Assembly (NCBI GenBank): GCA_964492735.1
Contig: CAZBLE010000001.1
Location: forward strand, 13,218-77,217
Source: an uncultured Gammaproteobacteria bacterium
GTDB taxonomy: Bacteria > Patescibacteriota > Patescibacteriia > UBA9570 > XYC2-FULL-38-9
DNA length: 64,000 bases
Direction of reading: 5' to 3'
How positions within the stretch are numbered: position 1 is the first letter of the stretch; each line of letters opens with the position of its first letter. The notes beneath the pieces are model-generated. The model was not told the origin of the DNA and searched no databases. It saw only the letters and a list, made by a program, of their open reading frames with translations. The position numbers and the translations under genes are program-made. Of this stretch, positions 19,886 through 29,576 are shown piece after piece.

Positions 19886-21272
19886 AAATTTAGATCGCGA
19901 TACGTTTGATCATAAAAATACCGCTGACTACACTACTGGAAGTGAACGCGGTGTCAGCGAAGCGCTTGTGCGTCGTATTTCAGCTGATAAAAAAGAACCG
20001 GATTGGATGCTTGCCATTCGGCTTGAGGGCTTACGGCTATGGAATGAAAAGCCATTGCCGACATGGGGACCAGATCTGAGCACTGTCACATTTGATGACA
20101 TTATTTATTATGCGTCACCTGACGATGTGTCTGCGGACAACAAGTCATGGGAAGATGTGCCTGATGATATTAAAAAAACCTTTGATCGTCTCGGCATTCC
20201 AGAGGCAGAGAAAAAAATGCTCGCGGGCGTTGGCGCGCAATACGAAAGTGAAACAGTGTATCATCGACTCAAGGCTGAATGGGAATCCCTTGGAGTTATT
20301 TTTGAAGACATGGATGAAGCAGTAAAAAAACATCCAGAACTCGTGCAAAAATATTTCATGAAATGCGTGCCGCCGAACGATCACAAGTTCGCCGCATTGC
20401 ATGCAGCTGTCTGGAGTGGTGGAACTTTTTTATATGTTCCAAAAGGCATTAAGGTTTCACAACCACTGCAAGCCTATTTTCGAATGAACGCCAAAAACAT
20501 GGGCCAATTTGAGCACACGCTCATTATTATTGAAGACGATGCGCAGGCGCATTACATTGAAGGTTGCTCTGCTCCAAAATATGGCAGTGATTCTTTGCAC
20601 GCTGGATGCGTTGAAGTCTTTGTTGGAAAGAATGCACAGATGCGCTATAGCTCAGTCGAAAATTGGAGTTCAGATACCTATAATTTAAATACAAAACGAG
20701 CGCGGGTTGGCGCAGACAGTCGGATGGAATGGGTTGGTGGAAACTTAGGCTCAGGAGTCACTATGCTCTATCCATGCTCTATTTTGCTTGGTGAGCGTGC
20801 GCATGCCGAACATTTGGGAATCGCGTTTGCGGGCCGCGGCCAATGGCAAGACACTGGCGCGAAGGTCTATCATTCCGCATCTCACACCACGAGTAATATT
20901 GTCATGAAAAGTATTAGTAAAGATGGCGGCACATCGGTCTATCGCGGGTTAGTACAAGTTGCGCCACACGCTCGTGAAATTGTGTCGAATGTAAAATGTG
21001 ATGCCTTGATTTTGGACGGTGATTCTCGGTCAGATACAATCCCCCAAATGAATATCGACAACAATACTGCAACAGTCACACATGAAGCGACAGCTGGAAA
21101 AATCTCTGATGATGCTATTTTCTATTTACGCACCCGTGGACTTTCAGAAGATGAAGCGGTTGCGATGGTAGTGAATGGTTTCATTGAGCCGATTGTAAAA
21201 GAGCTGCCACTAGAATACGCGGTTGAAATGAATCGCTTGATCGAAATGGAAATGGAAGGATCTGTTGGATAA
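19851..21272 (+). CDS. sufB: Fe-S cluster assembly protein SufB
   Basis: 473 aa SufB/SufD-family beta-helix downstream of sufC, with the conserved C-terminal block. Confidence 0.85.
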   Translation: MNNMAMTGYVFENLDRDTFDHKNTADYTTGSERGVSEALVRRISADKKEPDWMLAIRLEGLRLWNEKPLPTWGPDLSTVTFDDIIYYASPDDVSADNKSWEDVPDDIKKTFDRLGIPEAEKKMLAGVGAQYESETVYHRLKAEWESLGVIFEDMDEAVKKHPELVQKYFMKCVPPNDHKFAALHAAVWSGGTFLYVPKGIKVSQPLQAYFRMNAKNMGQFEHTLIIIEDDAQAHYIEGCSAPKYGSDSLHAGCVEVFVGKNAQMRYSSVENWSSDTYNLNTKRARVGADSRMEWVGGNLGSGVTMLYPCSILLGERAHAEHLGIAFAGRGQWQDTGAKVYHSASHTTSNIVMKSISKDGGTSVYRGLVQVAPHAREIVSNVKCDALILDGDSRSDTIPQMNIDNNTATVTHEATAGKISDDAIFYLRTRGLSEDEAVAMVVNGFIEPIVKELPLEYAVEMNRLIEMEMEGSVG

Positions 21273-21927
21273 TAATGATGCTATGCAAACGATACATACA
21301 CACAACTGGAAAATTCGAATCATTGACGAGACCGATAGCCTTGCAGATGAAGTCGTAACTGTCGATGCAGGATTCATGGAGCAGCCGCATAATCTATGTA
21401 CAATCGTTTTTGATGCACCGGAATTTACAACAACTGCGCTGCTTGAAACTGCTGGCGGCGCCATCGAGCATCATGTGCTCTACGTTGCGACAGGCAACAC
21501 ATCAATGTCACTTGCTGTTCGCAGTGTTCATAGCGCACCTGAAACCAGCGCTCGTATGATTATTCATGGTATTGCGCTCGGTACATCACAAGTAAATTTT
21601 ACTGGATCAATTGACATTCAACACGGCGCAACACAAACAGATGGTGAACTACGACATTCTGGAATGATTCTTAGTGAGCGTGCAAAAATCGCAGCACTCC
21701 CCGGTTTTGAAATTCATAGTAATGACGTCAAAGCAGCGCACAGTTCAGCGGTATATTATATTCGACCGGAACAATTATTTTATTTACAGTCTCGCGGAAT
21801 TGATGAACAGGAAGCTCGCCAAATGATTGTTGAAGGATTTTTATTTGAACTCTTACCAGAAATAACAGACGAAGCACAACGCATGGCAATTCAGCAGATG
21901 ATTATTGAGCGAATGAGTGTAGAATAA
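21265..21927 (+). CDS. sufD: Short SufD-like protein (SufBD domain)
   Basis: 220 aa with SufB-like C-terminal repeats, between sufB and sufS. Confidence 0.65.
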   Translation: MDNNDAMQTIHTHNWKIRIIDETDSLADEVVTVDAGFMEQPHNLCTIVFDAPEFTTTALLETAGGAIEHHVLYVATGNTSMSLAVRSVHSAPETSARMIIHGIALGTSQVNFTGSIDIQHGATQTDGELRHSGMILSERAKIAALPGFEIHSNDVKAAHSSAVYYIRPEQLFYLQSRGIDEQEARQMIVEGFLFELLPEITDEAQRMAIQQMIIERMSVE

Positions 21928-21931
21928 CGTT

Positions 21932-23146
21932 ATGGATATGCATACCGATTTTCCAATACTAAACAGCGGCATGATCTATCTTGATAGTGCGGCCAGCAGT
22001 CTCACCCCTACCGTCGTAAGCGACGCGATGACTGAATACTACACACACTATCGTAGCAACGTGCACCGTGGACTCTACGCAACTGCTGAACACGCAACTG
22101 CTGCATACGAAGCCGCACGTGCCAGTGTAGCGCAGTTTGTTGGCGCGCACGCAACTGAAGTTGTATTTACCAGCGGCACAACACTTGCTCTGAATATGGC
22201 CGCGCATATGACTGCAGATTCTTTCGGCGCAGATTGGCAAGCTGGAGATGAAATTCTCATCACATCACTCGCCCATCATTCACTCTATCTCCCGTGGCAA
22301 AAAATTGCCGCTCAGCGCAATCTAAAAATTGTCATGGTGCAACCAAATGCAGATGGCTCACTTGCAGCGGAAGATATTCTTTCACACATAACAGATCGCA
22401 CGAAAGTTGTATTACTCACGCATGTATCAAATGTTACGGGACTTATTCTACCGATTACAGAAATTGCCACAGAGTGTCGCGCGCGCGGAATTATGACGAT
22501 TGTTGACGCAGCTCAGTCAGTTGCGCACGTACCGATTCAGTTTGCAGATCTGGGTGTTGATTTTTTTGCATTTTCTGGACACAAAATGTATGGACCAACT
22601 GGCATTGGTGCACTCATTATTCGCAAAGACTTGCACAGCACACTTGAGCCATGGATTGTTGGCGGCGGAATGGTTGATACTGTTGGTGATACTGATTCTC
22701 GTTGGGCAGAAGCACCGCTGAAATTTGAAGCTGGAACTCCAAACATCGCAGAGGCTGTCGGTCTCGCACGAGCGATTCAATGGATAACAGACAACGGTGG
22801 CATCCACGCATTCGCAAAAAGTGAACACATGCTCTACGCAGCACTGATTGCGGAACTGCAACAAATTCCAGAAGTGCAGATTATCGGCTATTCGAATAAT
22901 CCAGAACATCACACCGGCTGTGTGTCATTTGTAATGAATGGCGTTCATGGGCATGATGTATCAGCGATTTTAGCAGAAAAAGATATTGCTGTGCGGGCCG
23001 GTCACCACTGTTGCCAACCGTTAATGAAACACCTTGGTGTCAGTAGCACAACACGCATAAGTCTTGGGCCATACAACACATTGGATGATATTCATCAGCT
23101 TGCCGTTGCACTCAAAAGCATGAAAAAAATTCTTGGACTCTTTTAA
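21932..23146 (+). CDS. sufS: Cysteine desulfurase, class V aminotransferase (SufS-type)
   Basis: PLP lysine in FFAFSGHKMYGPTGIG; catalytic Cys in RAGHHCCQPLM. Confidence 0.85.
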   Translation: MDMHTDFPILNSGMIYLDSAASSLTPTVVSDAMTEYYTHYRSNVHRGLYATAEHATAAYEAARASVAQFVGAHATEVVFTSGTTLALNMAAHMTADSFGADWQAGDEILITSLAHHSLYLPWQKIAAQRNLKIVMVQPNADGSLAAEDILSHITDRTKVVLLTHVSNVTGLILPITEIATECRARGIMTIVDAAQSVAHVPIQFADLGVDFFAFSGHKMYGPTGIGALIIRKDLHSTLEPWIVGGGMVDTVGDTDSRWAEAPLKFEAGTPNIAEAVGLARAIQWITDNGGIHAFAKSEHMLYAALIAELQQIPEVQIIGYSNNPEHHTGCVSFVMNGVHGHDVSAILAEKDIAVRAGHHCCQPLMKHLGVSSTTRISLGPYNTLDDIHQLAVALKSMKKILGLF

Positions 23147-23153
23147 CACGCCT

Positions 23154-23537
23154 ATGACATCTCTCTATCAAGAAGAAATACTTGAGCACTATCGTCACCC
23201 AGATCATCATGGTCGTCTCACAAAACCGAGCATTACTCGCACAGAGAGAAATTCATCCTGCGGGGATGAGTTAATTTTTGATCTTGCAATCGACAATGGG
23301 GTTGTGACTGACGTTGCATTTGAAGGTGACGGCGGCGCGATTTCTCAAGCAACAGCAAGTATGTTAACCAGTGAGTTAATTGGTCAGCCACTCGATACAA
23401 TCATGAAACTTACAACCGATGATATTGTTGAACTCGTCCATATTCCCCTTGGCCCAACCCGTCTCAAATGCGCACTGCTCTCGCTCCAAGCAGTAACAAC
23501 AGCGATCGCTGAATATCAAAAAGAGTCCGTATCATAA
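23154..23537 (+). CDS. sufU: SufU/IscU-like sulfur acceptor or scaffold
   Basis: ...NSSCGDELIFDLAI..., ...GDGGAISQATASM... and ...RLKCALLSLQA... are the conserved Cys blocks. An alternative start at 23133 is possible. Confidence 0.8.
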   Translation: MTSLYQEEILEHYRHPDHHGRLTKPSITRTERNSSCGDELIFDLAIDNGVVTDVAFEGDGGAISQATASMLTSELIGQPLDTIMKLTTDDIVELVHIPLGPTRLKCALLSLQAVTTAIAEYQKESVS

Positions 23538-23553
23538 CGGACTCTTTTTTTAC
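23521..23553 (+). terminator. Rho-independent terminator of the suf operon
   Basis: GAGTCCGT-atcata-ACGGACTC hairpin overlapping the sufU stop, followed by TTTTTTT. Confidence 0.65.
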
Positions 23554-23577
23554 AGATGTAGATTGTACTATCTGCTA

Positions 23578-24732
23578 TTACGCTTTTTTGCGGTAATCTG
23601 TTTTGTTTGCAAAGACGAGATACAATGAACCAAGTCCAGTTGCAGTCACAAGCAGTGTCACAATCCAGCCAATAAATGGTGTGATGCCAATGAGTGAAAT
23701 AATCGCACTACCGGCAAGATACTGGGTAAATAATCCTTGAAAATGCTCATCAGATTGTGATGGCAAGAGCTTTTGACCGATCCAAATAGACACTGGAATC
23801 GATGACAAGATTAACGCGACACCATAGACAATGAATGTAAAGATACTCAATGGAATGCCGATGAATGTAAATAGCAAGATGAACGCAAGAACTGGAACGC
23901 AGATGAGTACAGCAAAACCAATAGCCAATACATTTCCAGAACGCACTTCAATTTGAGCCACTGAACGCATCATTGGAGCGCTCATGAAATACAGCACAAC
24001 AGCTGCAATAAGTGCAGTCGCGATAAATGAATAGAGCACACCCATAGCAGCGCCAACTACTACTTCTTGCATTGAACGTTCTGATTGAGTTTGTAGTTGT
24101 CTTTCTGTAAACGTCACCTTCTCTTTCATTGCATCATTATTGATCGTTGGTGCATTTGGACCATTTACTGTCATTGCTGTTGCAACAACAGCTTCTTTTC
24201 CAAGGGTTGCGTTTGTTGCCTCTACCGCAACATCCCCGTTAAACACACCGTTGAGTGCAACTTCTTCAGCACTGGCATGCACTGCTTTTTCAACAGTGCC
24301 ATCAATCACAACAGTTGCACCATAGGCATTCACATACCCTTTGATTTTTGCATCCTTTGCAATTTTCACTGTACTTCCCGCCGCAACAACGTTTCCATCA
24401 ACAACACCGGTAATTGTCACAACACTTCCAGCAACACGAACATCGCCATGCACTGTTCCATCAACGGTCACGTCTTGGCCAGCAGCAAAAACATCTCCAC
24501 TAATTTCATTTTTAATCGTCACTGTTGAACCAGCAACATAGAGATCTTTGTCAGTCGCTTCATCCATTGTCACCACGTTTGCAGCGTGAAAATGCATTCC
24601 TGCAACTGAATAGTCCGCTTCTTCAGAGGGTTGCACTGCATCGTCAGATCCAGTCGCATACGCCGCTCCTGGCAGCGCAACCATTAATGCGATCGCAAAG
24701 GCTGCGAGTAATCGCTGTATAGAATAGTTCAT
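23578..24732 (-). CDS. Signal-peptide protein with bactofilin-like beta-helix repeats and a C-terminal polytopic membrane anchor
   Basis: SP MNYSIQRLLAAFAIALMVALPGAAYA. Repeats GDVxAAGxDVTVDGTVHGDVRVAGSVVTITG are bactofilin/DUF342-like. Four or five C-terminal TM segments. Confidence 0.55.
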   Translation of the reverse strand: MNYSIQRLLAAFAIALMVALPGAAYATGSDDAVQPSEEADYSVAGMHFHAANVVTMDEATDKDLYVAGSTVTIKNEISGDVFAAGQDVTVDGTVHGDVRVAGSVVTITGVVDGNVVAAGSTVKIAKDAKIKGYVNAYGATVVIDGTVEKAVHASAEEVALNGVFNGDVAVEATNATLGKEAVVATAMTVNGPNAPTINNDAMKEKVTFTERQLQTQSERSMQEVVVGAAMGVLYSFIATALIAAVVLYFMSAPMMRSVAQIEVRSGNVLAIGFAVLICVPVLAFILLFTFIGIPLSIFTFIVYGVALILSSIPVSIWIGQKLLPSQSDEHFQGLFTQYLAGSAIISLIGITPFIGWIVTLLVTATGLGSLYLVFANKTDYRKKA

Positions 24733-24829
24733 AATATATACTTAAAAATTATTACGCACAGTATAGCATATATTGTATGATTGCTAAAAAATAGCTATAC
24801 TTTTCGCACTAACTGTATAAAATTGCGTT

Positions 24830-25441
24830 ATGGGAATCACAGAACAAGTTATTGAAATTGCGGTCAAAGTCATTGATGCGACCGGTTACCTCGGAGTCAT
24901 GATCATGATGATTGGTGAAAGCATGCTTACACCAATTCCAAGTGAAGCGGTTATGCCGTTTGCAGGATTTTTAATTGCAGACGGAAAAATGAGCTGGATT
25001 GGCGTGATTGTATTTAGTACGCTCGGCAGCATTATTGGATCTGGAATCTCCTACTACATCGGTCGATACTTAGGACAACCGTTTATTACACGGTTTGGAA
25101 AATATTTTTTACTCAACGAAGAGCACTTACATTGGAGTGAGCAGTTTTTTGCGAAATACGGACAAGGTGCGATTTTTGTCAGTCGATTTGTTCCTGTCGT
25201 GCGACACTTTATTTCTATTCCAGCCGGAACAGCAAAAATGCCTTTTGGAAAATTCATGGCGTATACAGCAGCCGGAGCTGCGGGTTGGAACACTATCTTG
25301 ACCTTTGTTGGTTTTAAACTTGGAGAGCACTGGGACACAGTAAAGTCGTACACCCACTATTTAGACATTATCGTCGTAGCAGTACTATTGCTTGCTGCGG
25401 CCTACTTTGTCTACTCACAATTACAAAAACGTCGCGGATAG
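24830..25441 (+). CDS. DedA/VTT-family membrane protein
   Basis: GAIFVSRFVPVVRHFISIPAGTAKMPF is the DedA signature. Confidence 0.75.
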   Translation: MGITEQVIEIAVKVIDATGYLGVMIMMIGESMLTPIPSEAVMPFAGFLIADGKMSWIGVIVFSTLGSIIGSGISYYIGRYLGQPFITRFGKYFLLNEEHLHWSEQFFAKYGQGAIFVSRFVPVVRHFISIPAGTAKMPFGKFMAYTAAGAAGWNTILTFVGFKLGEHWDTVKSYTHYLDIIVVAVLLLAAAYFVYSQLQKRRG

Positions 25442-25495
25442 TCGAAATACGTGTATTGTAAAAAATCTAATGTAACTCGTAGAATCTAAAATACT

Positions 25496-25945
25496 CTACA
25501 TTTCTTTTTTATCTTTGTGTATTAGAAAAAATATTTGGGTTAGTTTTATAGAAATAGCTGCGAGCATACTAATGCCTAGTGCCTGTATTACACTGCCAAA
25601 AAACATTGATGCGGAGATGCTTTGTGTTGGAGCTGATGTGAAAATAAAAATCAAAGCGTCTAAAAACCATTGGAAAGCAAAAGAACACAATCCCATACTT
25701 ACACTAAAAGTAAATATACTCTTTGTATTTAATACAAGCGTATGTATTTTATCCTTAGCTATAACTAAGATAACCGGCACGCAAACCACTATATATATAA
25801 ACGATGAAATGATATAAAAATACTGAAGAGACAGATCTATATATTGTTGAAATAATAGTGGCAGAATTGTTGAAATAACAGCTACGCCAAATAGTGGAGT
25901 AGAAAAAAGAAATACTAATGTATACCATGATTTAGTAAAATTCAT
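25496..25945 (-). CDS. Hypothetical small polytopic membrane protein
   Basis: 149 aa with about 4 TM. Confidence 0.45.
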   Translation of the reverse strand: MNFTKSWYTLVFLFSTPLFGVAVISTILPLLFQQYIDLSLQYFYIISSFIYIVVCVPVILVIAKDKIHTLVLNTKSIFTFSVSMGLCSFAFQWFLDALIFIFTSAPTQSISASMFFGSVIQALGISMLAAISIKLTQIFFLIHKDKKEM

Positions 25946-25989
25946 ATGGATAAAAATAATTTATTTAGATAAAGCAGAAATGCGCAGGT

Positions 25990-26022
25990 GTAAAAATGAG
26001 ATTTCTACACCTGCATTAGCGC
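25990..26022 (-). terminator. Hairpin terminator downstream of high-GC lipoprotein gene 26039..26392
   Basis: GCAGGTGTA-13 nt loop-TACACCTGC, followed on the minus strand by a T-rich run. Confidence 0.5.
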
Positions 26023-26038
26023 GTCTCGTATATGACGA

Positions 26039-26392
26039 CTAGCAGGAGCCGACCTGCAGCCAATAGGAACTGGGCCTATTGACCATCGAGCAATACCAAG
26101 AGCCGCGCCACTCAACCCACATGTAGAGGCGGTGGAAAACGCAGTTGGTGCTGCCAGAGTAGTACAGATAGCAGCTGCCTCGAGGCATGCCGCCGCCCAT
26201 GAACTCGTCGGTGTCGGAGATGCTGCCAGTGTCAGAGGGTTCGTTGACCTCGGACTGCTCCAGACTGACCTCCGGGTACAGGACCGGGTCGTGCTGTTCC
26301 GTACAACCACCGGTGAAGGCGGTGAGAACGAAGGTGAGCAGCAGGTACATGACCTGCCACTTGAGGATGATACGCGACATGGCGCGCTCCAT
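26039..26392 (-). CDS. Small high-GC Cys-rich secreted lipoprotein-like protein (variable cargo 1 of the conserved 5' module)
   Basis: N-terminal 32 aa (MERAMSRIILKWQVMYLLLTFVLTAFTGGCTE) are identical to those of gene 43326..44024; the rest is unrelated. About 60% GC. Confidence 0.6.
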   Translation of the reverse strand: MERAMSRIILKWQVMYLLLTFVLTAFTGGCTEQHDPVLYPEVSLEQSEVNEPSDTGSISDTDEFMGGGMPRGSCYLYYSGSTNCVFHRLYMWVEWRGSWYCSMVNRPSSYWLQVGSC

Positions 26393-26642
26393 TGTACTGC
26401 TCGCTGCGGGTTGTTGCTGGGCTTCGAGTGACGAAACAACAGCAGGTGCAACGAGTCTGAACGAATCTCTTCGCCAGAAGGAAAGGCGCGAGGGTGGACC
26501 CGGGCTTCTTTCTGGAAAGTGATTCGCTGATATTGTGAATGAACTATAGAAGAATCATACGCAAGCCTTCTTGCTTTTGTATATGGCGAAAAAACGCCGT
26601 CTGGGGAAAACTCAAAAAACCCTAAACATTAGATAAAAAAAT
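26299..26642 (-). repeat. Conserved 5' module, copy 1 (promoter-proximal -10 region, ~240-nt 5'UTR and the first ~32 codons)
   Basis: About 344 bp, about 99% identical to 43931..44272 (one substitution and one A-run indel). Weaker similarity continues to about 26690. Confidence 0.9.
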
Positions 26643-26680
26643 CACGTGCGCTGTCAAAAAATCGCCAGAATCGACTTATT

Positions 26681-27712
26681 TTATAGCAAGCTAAAATCAG
26701 CAGCTTTCCGCATCCGGTTCATCAACCCCAGATTTTTTTGTGTTGGAAAGTCTGCATAGATAATAATCGTCTGAATCTCTTGTTTATCAGCATCACGAAA
26801 ATGCGCATATACCGTTTGGTTTAAGAGCGGTTTCCAACGTAAATATGCGGCCGCAGATTTTGCTGGTGGTTTTGCTGAGAGGTACCAGACTGTTCCACCC
26901 TTCTCTGCTCCGCGTGCAAATCCGTGCATTGCCTGTTTTTCATCTGTATACAGCTCTACACGAGCATTTGGCGCATAATGTGCATACTTCATCCCTGGAG
27001 AGCGTGGCGCGCTATCAGTCGTTGCGTCCGCTTCACGCCATCGAGGGATTTTTTTTCCGAGAACGTCAGAAATTTCTTGCGCTGTAATCACACCTGGTCG
27101 CATGATTCGCGGCACACTCCCTGTACAGTCAACAACAGTTGACTCAATACCAACATCACACGAACCACCATCAATAATTCCAGCGATCTTTCCACGAAAA
27201 TCATCAAATACATGGTCAGCGGTTGTTGGACTCGGCTTTCCGCTTAGGTTTGCAGATGGTGCAACAAGTGGTGTTTTGGCGGCACGGATCAAAGATAGTG
27301 CAATAGGGTGTGATGGCATACGCACACAAACGGTTGGCAATCCTGCGGTGACACCATCAGGAACAGTCTCTTGTTTTTCTAAAACGAGCGTGAGTGGTCC
27401 TGGCCAAAAATGATCCATCAGCGTTTTTGCATCTGCAGAAATGTGTTGCGCAATCTGCCCAACTGCTCGCTTGCTTGCGACATGAACAATTAAAGGGTTG
27501 TCTTGCGGGCGGCCTTTTGTCTTGAAGACGGCTCGCACCGCTTTTTTGTTATACATATCAGCCCCAAGGCCGTACACCGTTTCTGTCGGGAACGCAACAA
27601 GACCACCAGCCTGCACCATCGCTGCGGCTGCCTGAATATCTACTCGTTTCTTTCCGTCTAATCGTACTGTATTCATTGATTGAATACTGCCGTAATTAGG
27701 CGATTTCGTCAA
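26681..27712 (-). CDS. L-threonylcarbamoyladenylate synthase (Sua5/YrdC; YrdC plus Sua5 C-terminal domain)
   Basis: ...VAFPTETVYGLGADMYN... YrdC motif; 343 aa long form. Confidence 0.8.
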   Translation of the reverse strand: MTKSPNYGSIQSMNTVRLDGKKRVDIQAAAAMVQAGGLVAFPTETVYGLGADMYNKKAVRAVFKTKGRPQDNPLIVHVASKRAVGQIAQHISADAKTLMDHFWPGPLTLVLEKQETVPDGVTAGLPTVCVRMPSHPIALSLIRAAKTPLVAPSANLSGKPSPTTADHVFDDFRGKIAGIIDGGSCDVGIESTVVDCTGSVPRIMRPGVITAQEISDVLGKKIPRWREADATTDSAPRSPGMKYAHYAPNARVELYTDEKQAMHGFARGAEKGGTVWYLSAKPPAKSAAAYLRWKPLLNQTVYAHFRDADKQEIQTIIIYADFPTQKNLGLMNRMRKAADFSLL

Positions 27713-29244
27713 CGTTTTTGCTTTTTTGTGCTTGGTGCTTTTTTGCGAGTTTGCTGCGTTGGACGATCTTTTTTGCGAATCCGAGTTGGCGTATCTGTTG
27801 TTGCCGGTGCCATTGTTGAAAGTTTTCGTGAGGTTGTTTTGGTTGTCACGTTTTTTTTCATAGGCACCTCAAATTGAAACAACGACCCTTTGCCTTCCCC
27901 TTCAGATTCTGCCCAGATTTTACCACCATGTGCCTCGATAATTTTTTTAGCGATAAAGAGGCCAAGTCCAGAACCATTTGGCTCCACGCGTGCAATGCCA
28001 GAGCCACGCACAAATTTATCAAACAATGCTTTGTCCTCCCCTTTTGGAATTCCTACACCTGTGTCTTGCGACATAAATCGAATCATGCCATTGTCAGACA
28101 CTTTTGCTGAAACAGCGATGGTACCACCTGGTGAATATTTAATAGCATTATCGACAAGGTTTAAGACAACGTCTTTAATTTTATCTGGGTCGACTTCTAC
28201 AGTTGGGAGTTTGGAGCGGTTGTATGTGAGCGTGACCTGTTTCTTTTGTGCCGTTGGCAGCAGTTCAACAATGACGGAATGAATCAGCTCGTCGAATGGC
28301 ACACTCGAATAATTAATCGCGAGTCGACCAGCCTCAATGCGCGTTGCATTTAAAAAAGAATTGACCAGTCGAGTGAGTCGCTGCCCTGCTGTAAACATTT
28401 CTGAAAGGACCTCAGTCTGAGAGTTTGTGATGCGGCCGTAGTCCCCGGAAAGCATCATAGAAAGATATCCCATCATCCCGGCAAGCGGTGTACGCAGTTG
28501 ATGGGAAGCGATCGACATAAACTCTGATTTTGCAACATCGAGATCTTTGAGATGTTTGTTTGCATTTACCAGCTGATCATAAATCAACGCCTTGTCAAGA
28601 GCGATAGTTGTTACTTTCGCAATAGTATCCAGCGACTCTTTTTCATAAGCATCAAGCTTTTCATATGCACGATTCATGATGACATAAAAAACACCGATAG
28701 GCTGCCCCTCAGACTCTAGTGGGTAAATAATACCTGACTGCGGACCGCTGGATTCGGTAAGTTGCGCGAGAATTTCTAATGGCAAAGAGCCTGAAAATAA
28801 ACTAGTAAGTGAACTTGCGGATATTGGCTTATGTGTTGAAAGCACTTTTGAAAAAAGACTTTTTTTTGATCGACGTGTAATTGTTATTTCAGAGTATGCT
28901 TTTTCGATTTTTTGAAATTGTAACTGAAAAGCATCACTGTAATTAATCGCAACAGGAAAAATCTTATTTTGATTTTTTTCAAACAAAAAAATACCAACAA
29001 GGTCAAAGCTTAAATTACTACGAATTGTTTCAACAAATTTACATGCCAAATCCTCACTTGAAAGTGTGAGGTTAGAAATTTCATATAATTGACTGAGCAG
29101 TGACAGTGTCTTATTTTTAACAGCAAGCTCAAAATTACGTTGATATAAGACCTGATTAATACGACCAGAGTCAATAATCTCATCATCTTTTTCCTCCGGC
29201 GGATCTGTTGCAAACGGAATCCACTGACTAAGTTTTCTCCACAT
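27709..29244 (-). CDS. Sensor histidine kinase with an N-terminal GAF-like region
   Basis: H-box MSIASHQLRTPL, N-box LVDNAIKYSP, G-boxes DTGVGIP and GSGLGL. No response regulator in the window. 4-nt overlap with sua5. Confidence 0.8.
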   Translation of the reverse strand: MWRKLSQWIPFATDPPEEKDDEIIDSGRINQVLYQRNFELAVKNKTLSLLSQLYEISNLTLSSEDLACKFVETIRSNLSFDLVGIFLFEKNQNKIFPVAINYSDAFQLQFQKIEKAYSEITITRRSKKSLFSKVLSTHKPISASSLTSLFSGSLPLEILAQLTESSGPQSGIIYPLESEGQPIGVFYVIMNRAYEKLDAYEKESLDTIAKVTTIALDKALIYDQLVNANKHLKDLDVAKSEFMSIASHQLRTPLAGMMGYLSMMLSGDYGRITNSQTEVLSEMFTAGQRLTRLVNSFLNATRIEAGRLAINYSSVPFDELIHSVIVELLPTAQKKQVTLTYNRSKLPTVEVDPDKIKDVVLNLVDNAIKYSPGGTIAVSAKVSDNGMIRFMSQDTGVGIPKGEDKALFDKFVRGSGIARVEPNGSGLGLFIAKKIIEAHGGKIWAESEGEGKGSLFQFEVPMKKNVTTKTTSRKLSTMAPATTDTPTRIRKKDRPTQQTRKKAPSTKKQKR

Positions 29245-29266
29245 GATTTTTAAATTTTGTTTTTAT

Positions 29267-29554
29267 TTACCGAAGCATTTCAGGAATTTGATCCTCTTGT
29301 AATTTTGGCAAAAGATCTTTTACCGCATCTTTACATGCCTCCACAGAAGCTCGGCCAAATAGTCGCTCATATTGTCTGACTAGCCTATTAATCACATCAG
29401 ATTCATTTACATTATTTGTAATTTTTACATTCTTTTCGGACTCGAAGACGGATATTCCATCTACCTTAGCCGCCTCTTCCCATGCCAAAGGACCAATGAT
29501 AAGTTCTTGCTCAAGGATAATTTTTTTTGTTATTTCGAGAGTTAGGTTGGCCAT
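29267..29554 (-). CDS. Hypothetical protein
   Basis: 95 aa ORF in the operon-like minus-strand string. Confidence 0.4.
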   Translation of the reverse strand: MANLTLEITKKIILEQELIIGPLAWEEAAKVDGISVFESEKNVKITNNVNESDVINRLVRQYERLFGRASVEACKDAVKDLLPKLQEDQIPEMLR

Positions 29555-29576
29555 ACTAGTTAATCTATGCAGCAGT

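Noticed and set aside
26005-26451. Track ORFs 26005..26451(-), 43805..44083(-), 37482..38291(-) and 26132..26431(+), all within the high-GC segments
   Set aside because: High GC depletes stop codons and creates long alternative-frame ORFs. The frames with signal peptides and recognisable motifs (26039..26392, 43326..44024, 37503..38321) were preferred.
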